This document shows positions 59,911-64,000 of a stretch of 64,000 nt of DNA, one piece after another. Numbering within the stretch: the stretch's first letter is position 1; each line of letters starts with the position of its first letter. This DNA comes from Amoebophrya sp. A120. Its lineage: Eukaryota; Protista; Dinoflagellata. Under the pieces are notes generated by a model. It worked only from the letters and a program-made list of their open reading frames with translations, did not search any database and was not told the DNA's origin. The position numbers were made by a program, and so were the translations under genes. The stretch covers positions 931,981-995,980 of the forward strand of contig CAJINV010000001.1 in NCBI GenBank assembly GCA_905178155.1, written 5' to 3'.

Positions 59911-62450
59911 TCACCGGAAGGGCACGCTGGCCTTCCACTGTCGCCCCATCAAATTTTTGTATTTTTCTTGCTCCGACTTCGCTGCTGACGTGCCAAAGGA
60001 AGCCATGACGAGTTTGTGCTTTTTCTGCTCCGCGTCTGGGTTGATAGCCGCGAGCGAAGCGAGATTGCGGACGTTTTCTTTGTTTTCATCTTCTGCGATA
60101 ATTGTTTTCATATTCCCAGCTTGACTAGTAGTACTTCCCGTAGTTTTATTTTTTCGCACGTCTTCTTCAGATAATGTTGGCACTACTTGATGTGCAATTG
60201 GCGAAACGGACGGTGGGCGCGTTGGCGTTGCGATTTTGTTTGCCGAAACGGCAGAACTGGACCTGCCCGCGGCGCCCTTTCCGTTGGCCGCGGTCGTGCC
60301 CGTTGCCTTGTTGGTCTCGGTAGAAGGTGATGGTGTAGTTGTTGTCGACGGCGTTCCTTTGTTCGTACTGGACTTACTTTCCCCCAAAGACGATGATGCC
60401 TCGCTTCCGGAGGCGGAGGTGCTGCGTAGTTCCGCCGAAAGTAGAACTCCACCGACTACAGTGCTGGCGGCCTTCGTTTTATTGCTGTTTGAAGATTTGC
60501 CATTTTTCTCCGCACCGTCGAAAATGGTTTGCATGTTCTGACTGTCGTTCTTCTTCCCGCCCGCATTCGCGGACGAGGGCAGTCCCAACGCCTGCGCCAC
60601 GAACAAACTCCTGGTTCCGGCCGCCGTTTTGCTGTTCTCCGCCGCTGCTTCCACCCGCTCCGCCGCCGAAACCTCGGCCCGGTGGTTCGGGGACACGCTC
60701 CGCTTGTCCGTTTCCGCGATCTTCCGGTACGGGTTGCGGTCCACCGTGACCAGGGACGCCTTCAAAGCGAAGTTCCCCGACGGGATGGGAAACGAGTAGG
60801 AGGGATCGTAAAAGACGTACACGCCGTTTGTCTGCTTGGTGCAGGTGGTGCTGGTCAGCGCGGCGTGGTGCCCGGGAAGCCGCGTCACACTCGTCTGAAT
60901 GTCGTAGAAGTCGTCCGAGTGAACCCCGAGTAATTCCTTCGTGTCCGGGTTCTGCGGGTATTTCGACGGAGACATGGAATCCAGGTTCACCCACCAAGGG
61001 TTCGCCTTGGTCCTGTCCTGTTTCTCCGCGACAGCCTGGAGCTCCCGCAGACACGTTTGCACAAAGTTGTTTTTCTGGTCCGTCAGTTCCTTCCGCTTTC
61101 CCGGGTTGGCGGCAATGATCTCCTTCGCTTTTTTTTTCGCCTCCTTCGCGTATCCAATGCAAAAACGGCCCCGCCGCCCCATACTAGTCGCGTTCCGGAA
61201 TTTGTCACGCTCCAATCAGCGCGATGCGCTAGGTCTGCGATGCTGCTGGACTAGCTGAAAAGGACTACACCACGAGGCCAAACTTGTCATGCGCAACAAC
61301 CAAGGCTTGATGTTAATTTGTATAGCAAATTTTCCATCTTGACGATGGGGAGGTGGGGACGTTTTTACACAGGATAACGCGAGCTCGAGGTTCTTCGGGC
61401 CGGCCGCCTGGACGAACGCGATGTAGTGCCCATTCGCGAGGAGGATCACCCAGTTATGAATTGCAAAAGTGTCTGGATCTGGAAAAGTTGCGAGATTTGT
61501 CATGCTAGTCGCGCAGGACTCTGAGCTCCGTATTGCGTGGGCGCAAAGAGCTTCTCTTGTCTGTCATGCAAAACCAAAGTGAAAGTTTCTCATGCGGAGT
61601 ACGCAACTCAGAACCAAGAAAGACAATGAACTTGTCATGCTTGGCAGTGCATTACAGTTTGCGCATTGTTCCCTGACTGGCATCACAAGTTTCCAGACCA
61701 AGACACATTTACATTTGATACCAGTCGAGGAGATGCAATTTGATGTCCTTACTTGCCAGCGCCTTTTCCACCGTCTCCCCGTAGTGGCACTCCGCCTCGG
61801 GGTATCCAGGAAAAAAACACCATCACAGTCACACTTAGGAGGTTTTGCATCAGAAATTTGTCTCGCATGACAAATTTTTCTTGTATTGCAAAAACACAAA
61901 GGGAAATCGCCTAGAGCTCTTGACTGTGATGCATTTTTGCGCATGACAAAAATTTTTGTATTGCAAAAATGTGCAAAAGTGATTGTGATGGTGTTTTTTT
62001 CTTGAATACGGGGAAAAAGTCCTGGAGCACCCGGTGGTAGTTGTCCAGGGGGAGCCGGGCCATCATCTGGCACGTGTCGCGATCGGTAATCAACGCATTC
62101 CACTCGCCCTTGGTATGCATTGCAAATATGTCTGGGTCTGAAGAGTGGAACTTGTAATGCCGTCTGCGGATTCTAAAAATATCTGTGCTGCACGAGCAGC
62201 GAGAGGAGTCAATTCTTGGCACGCGGAGAGGGCATTTCTCACGCGTCATTAGCATCAAGAAACTTTCAAAAAATCTGTGATGCTAGCACCAGGATCACAG
62301 ACCTCACGGGTCATGCAAAATGTGCAGAACCAGCCCCGACTCTTCCAGACCGAGACATTTTTGCATTTGATACTTGGTCGTGAAATGCAACACCGAATTC
62401 AACGCGTGCTTCCCGCATTGGGACCGATACTGAACCTCTTTGTAAAAATT
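59911..62450 (-). CDS. Hypothetical multi-exon protein (5' end approximate)
   Basis: Four elements removed give ...TKGEWNALITDRDT...QDFFPEAECHYG...LLDWVILLANGHYIAFV...ERDKFRN... continuing into the 434-aa ORF. Confidence 0.62.
61214..61376. mobile_element. Introner, family B (left end degenerate)
   Basis: Right end ggtggggacgtttttacacaggata intact; element+5 removal restores frame. Confidence 0.65.
61455..61720. mobile_element. Introner, family A
   Basis: Family A TIRs; perfect DR ccagt. Confidence 0.92.
61803..62008. mobile_element. Introner, family E
   Basis: tatccaggaaaaaaacaccatcacagtcac / gtgattgtgatggtgtttttttcttgaata; perfect DR cgggg. Confidence 0.92.
62114..62372. mobile_element. 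Introner, family A
   Basis: Family A TIRs; perfect DR cttgg. Confidence 0.92.
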
Positions 62451-63394
62451 ATTCATTCTTTTCTACTTCACAAATAAGACCACGGGAAGCAAGGAGTAAT
62501 GCTTTTGGGGAAGAACTTACTTAATCAACATCAAGCCATTTTGAATGATTACGTTTTAAGCTTCAGTAAAAAGCAGTAAAATACCACGATATCATACAGG
62601 TGAGACGGGCCTCGCCAGTATACCTAGTGAGCGGGGCTCGCGCGCTTGGTCTCTGATGTGAATAAACGCGCTGACAATGCGATGTGACGAGTGAGGCACA
62701 GCGACAAAAGAATGGTAACGAAAGACCACAAGCAACGTGGAATAATTCACCGATCCTCGGAAATAAAGCAGACCGAAACTACCTGCTGTGGACGATAAAA
62801 CACCGATTTTGTCAGCTTTAAACAGAGTTTTTCTCGCGAAGAGAAAGCAGTAAAACCGAAAAGGCACGCCTGTGAATGATCGACAGGCATAGGCATACAG
62901 ATACCAATGCTTTCTCCAAAGGTTACCACAAGGACCACACCGAGTTGCAGCGCACAAAACGACCGACGATTCTTTATTTTCACTTGCTTCTGCACGGCAT
63001 CGTTTTCCAACAGATAGCATAGTCGTTTTCCAACAGATGCCCTTAATATGCAGCATAGATAGTGGCAATAGACTGACGAATCTTTTAAATTTCATTATTT
63101 TTTCGAACTGCTTTGGTCGTCTTTTTGTGTGCCCGGACAGTTTCTGGGTGGGGAAAAACAAGTAAGTACATGCTTCCATAGGAAGTGTCGTAGAACAATG
63201 AGAGATATATAAAGTCAGTTCAAATTTGGGGATGGCATGCAAATAAGAGAGCAGTGAGAGATAAAGAAAAGCCCTAGCAGTACCCTGTTGCTTCTGGTAA
63301 TTCCAAAACTGGCCGTGGATACTTACGGATAGTGCGCTAGAAAACAAGTTCGATTGGTACACATAATATAATAATAGTGGCAAAGGTTTTTTCA

Positions 63395-63716
63395 CTCCTA
63401 AGGGAGCTCCTAAGGAAGCTTCCTTACGGAAGTTGTCCCTTAAGAGGGCTTGCTAAGGAAAAGCCTTAAGCAAAATTATCTTAAGGCGTCTGCGCTTAAG
63501 AAGGTACGCCTTAAGGCGGCCTCGCTTAAGGCGTCCTCGCTTAAGGGAGCTGCTAAGGAGCTCCTTAGGAAGCTCCTAAGGAGCCCTTAGGACGCTCCTT
63601 AGGAAGCTCCTAAGGAGCCCATAGGAGCTCCCTTAAGGACCTACCCCTTAAGGACCTAGCCCTTAAGGACCTAGCCCTTAAGCGAGAACTCCTTAAGGAC
63701 CTAGCTTCCTAAGGAG
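63395..63716. repeat. Array of short palindromic cct(t)aagg / ccttagg units
   Basis: Dense recurrence of cctaagg, ccttaagg, ccttagg, gcttaag with gagctc/gacctagc spacers. Confidence 0.85.
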
Positions 63717-64000
63717 CGCAAAGCTGGCAAAGCGCAAAGCTAGCAAAGGAAAAGGAAAAGCAAAAGAAAAAGCAAAAGAGCAAAGATGGCCAAAAGCAAA
63801 GCGCTTTCAAAGGCAAAGGGCCAAACGCAAAGGGCCAAACGCAAAAGGCCAAAAGCAAAGAGGCAGAAACAAAGAGCCAAAAGCAAAGAGCCAAAAGCAA
63901 AGAGCAAAAAGCAAAGAGGCAAAAGCAAAGGGCCAAGAGCAAAGAGCCAAGAGCAAAGAGCCAAAAGCAAAGAGCCAAAAGCAAAGAGCCAAAAGCAAAG
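63717..64000. repeat. 7-nt-period satellite (gcaaaga/gccaaaa), runs off the window
   Basis: Alternating gccaaaa-gcaaaga heptamers, increasingly regular toward the edge. Confidence 0.9.

Noticed and set aside
29098-61162. Long plus-strand or alternate-frame ORFs (e.g. 29098-29832, 44146-44895, 51442-52452, 60479-61162)
   Set aside because: Shadows of GC3-rich minus-strand exons.
393-62372. Recurrent ~30-bp repeats as a CRISPR array or bacterial REP system
   Set aside because: Repeats are dispersed inverted pairs around introns in a eukaryotic context; no regular spacers or cas genes.
349-62477. Many short ORFs containing CKNVWVWK / FQTQTFLHLI / LPDPDIF peptides, suggesting a repeated protein domain
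   Set aside because: They are translations of family A TIRs in different frames, not a protein family.
62592-63395. 267-aa minus-strand ORF
   Set aside because: No ATG at the annotated start, atypical composition and codon usage, no recognisable motif; left uncalled.
63709-63998. Hydrophobic LLALCFW-repeat ORFs
   Set aside because: Artefacts of translating the satellite.
63860-64000. TTTTGGCTC on the minus strand resembling the dinoflagellate spliced-leader core
   Set aside because: Only 9 nt match within a heptamer satellite; the CCGTAGCCA and AAG parts are missing.

Overview
Eukaryotic genomic DNA, most likely from a syndinian dinoflagellate of the Amoebophrya type. This is inferred from the intron architecture and one-strand gene array, not from a marker gene. 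About a dozen spliced genes lie on the minus strand: a TRPM-like SLOG protein, a LOTUS/OST-HTH-like protein, a PhyH-family dioxygenase, condensin II subunit G2, a DnaJ/thioredoxin-like protein, a secreted cereblon-CULT-like protein, a GT-A glycosyltransferase-like protein, a PTS1-bearing enoyl-CoA isomerase and several hypotheticals. The dominant feature is about 38 short elements (mostly 120-340 bp) from several terminal-inverted-repeat families. They mostly run TAT...ATA, sit between 5-nt direct repeats (19 perfect) and share an internal TGTNATGC motif. Where checked, removing the element plus 5 nt restores the host reading frame, usually without GT-AG ends, so they are introner-type non-canonical introns coexisting with ordinary GT-AG introns. 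A second, less familiar pattern is three 1.2-1.75 kb segments each bracketed by ~50-bp direct repeats; one encodes a 5'-truncated DIRS-type RT-RNase H with no recognisable tyrosine recombinase. Also present: a TTA-flanked MITE nested in an introner, a partial PhyH duplication that may form a chimeric gene, and two satellite arrays at the right end. Coordinates were read by eye, gene models are unverified by transcripts, and protein assignments rest on remembered motifs rather than database searches.
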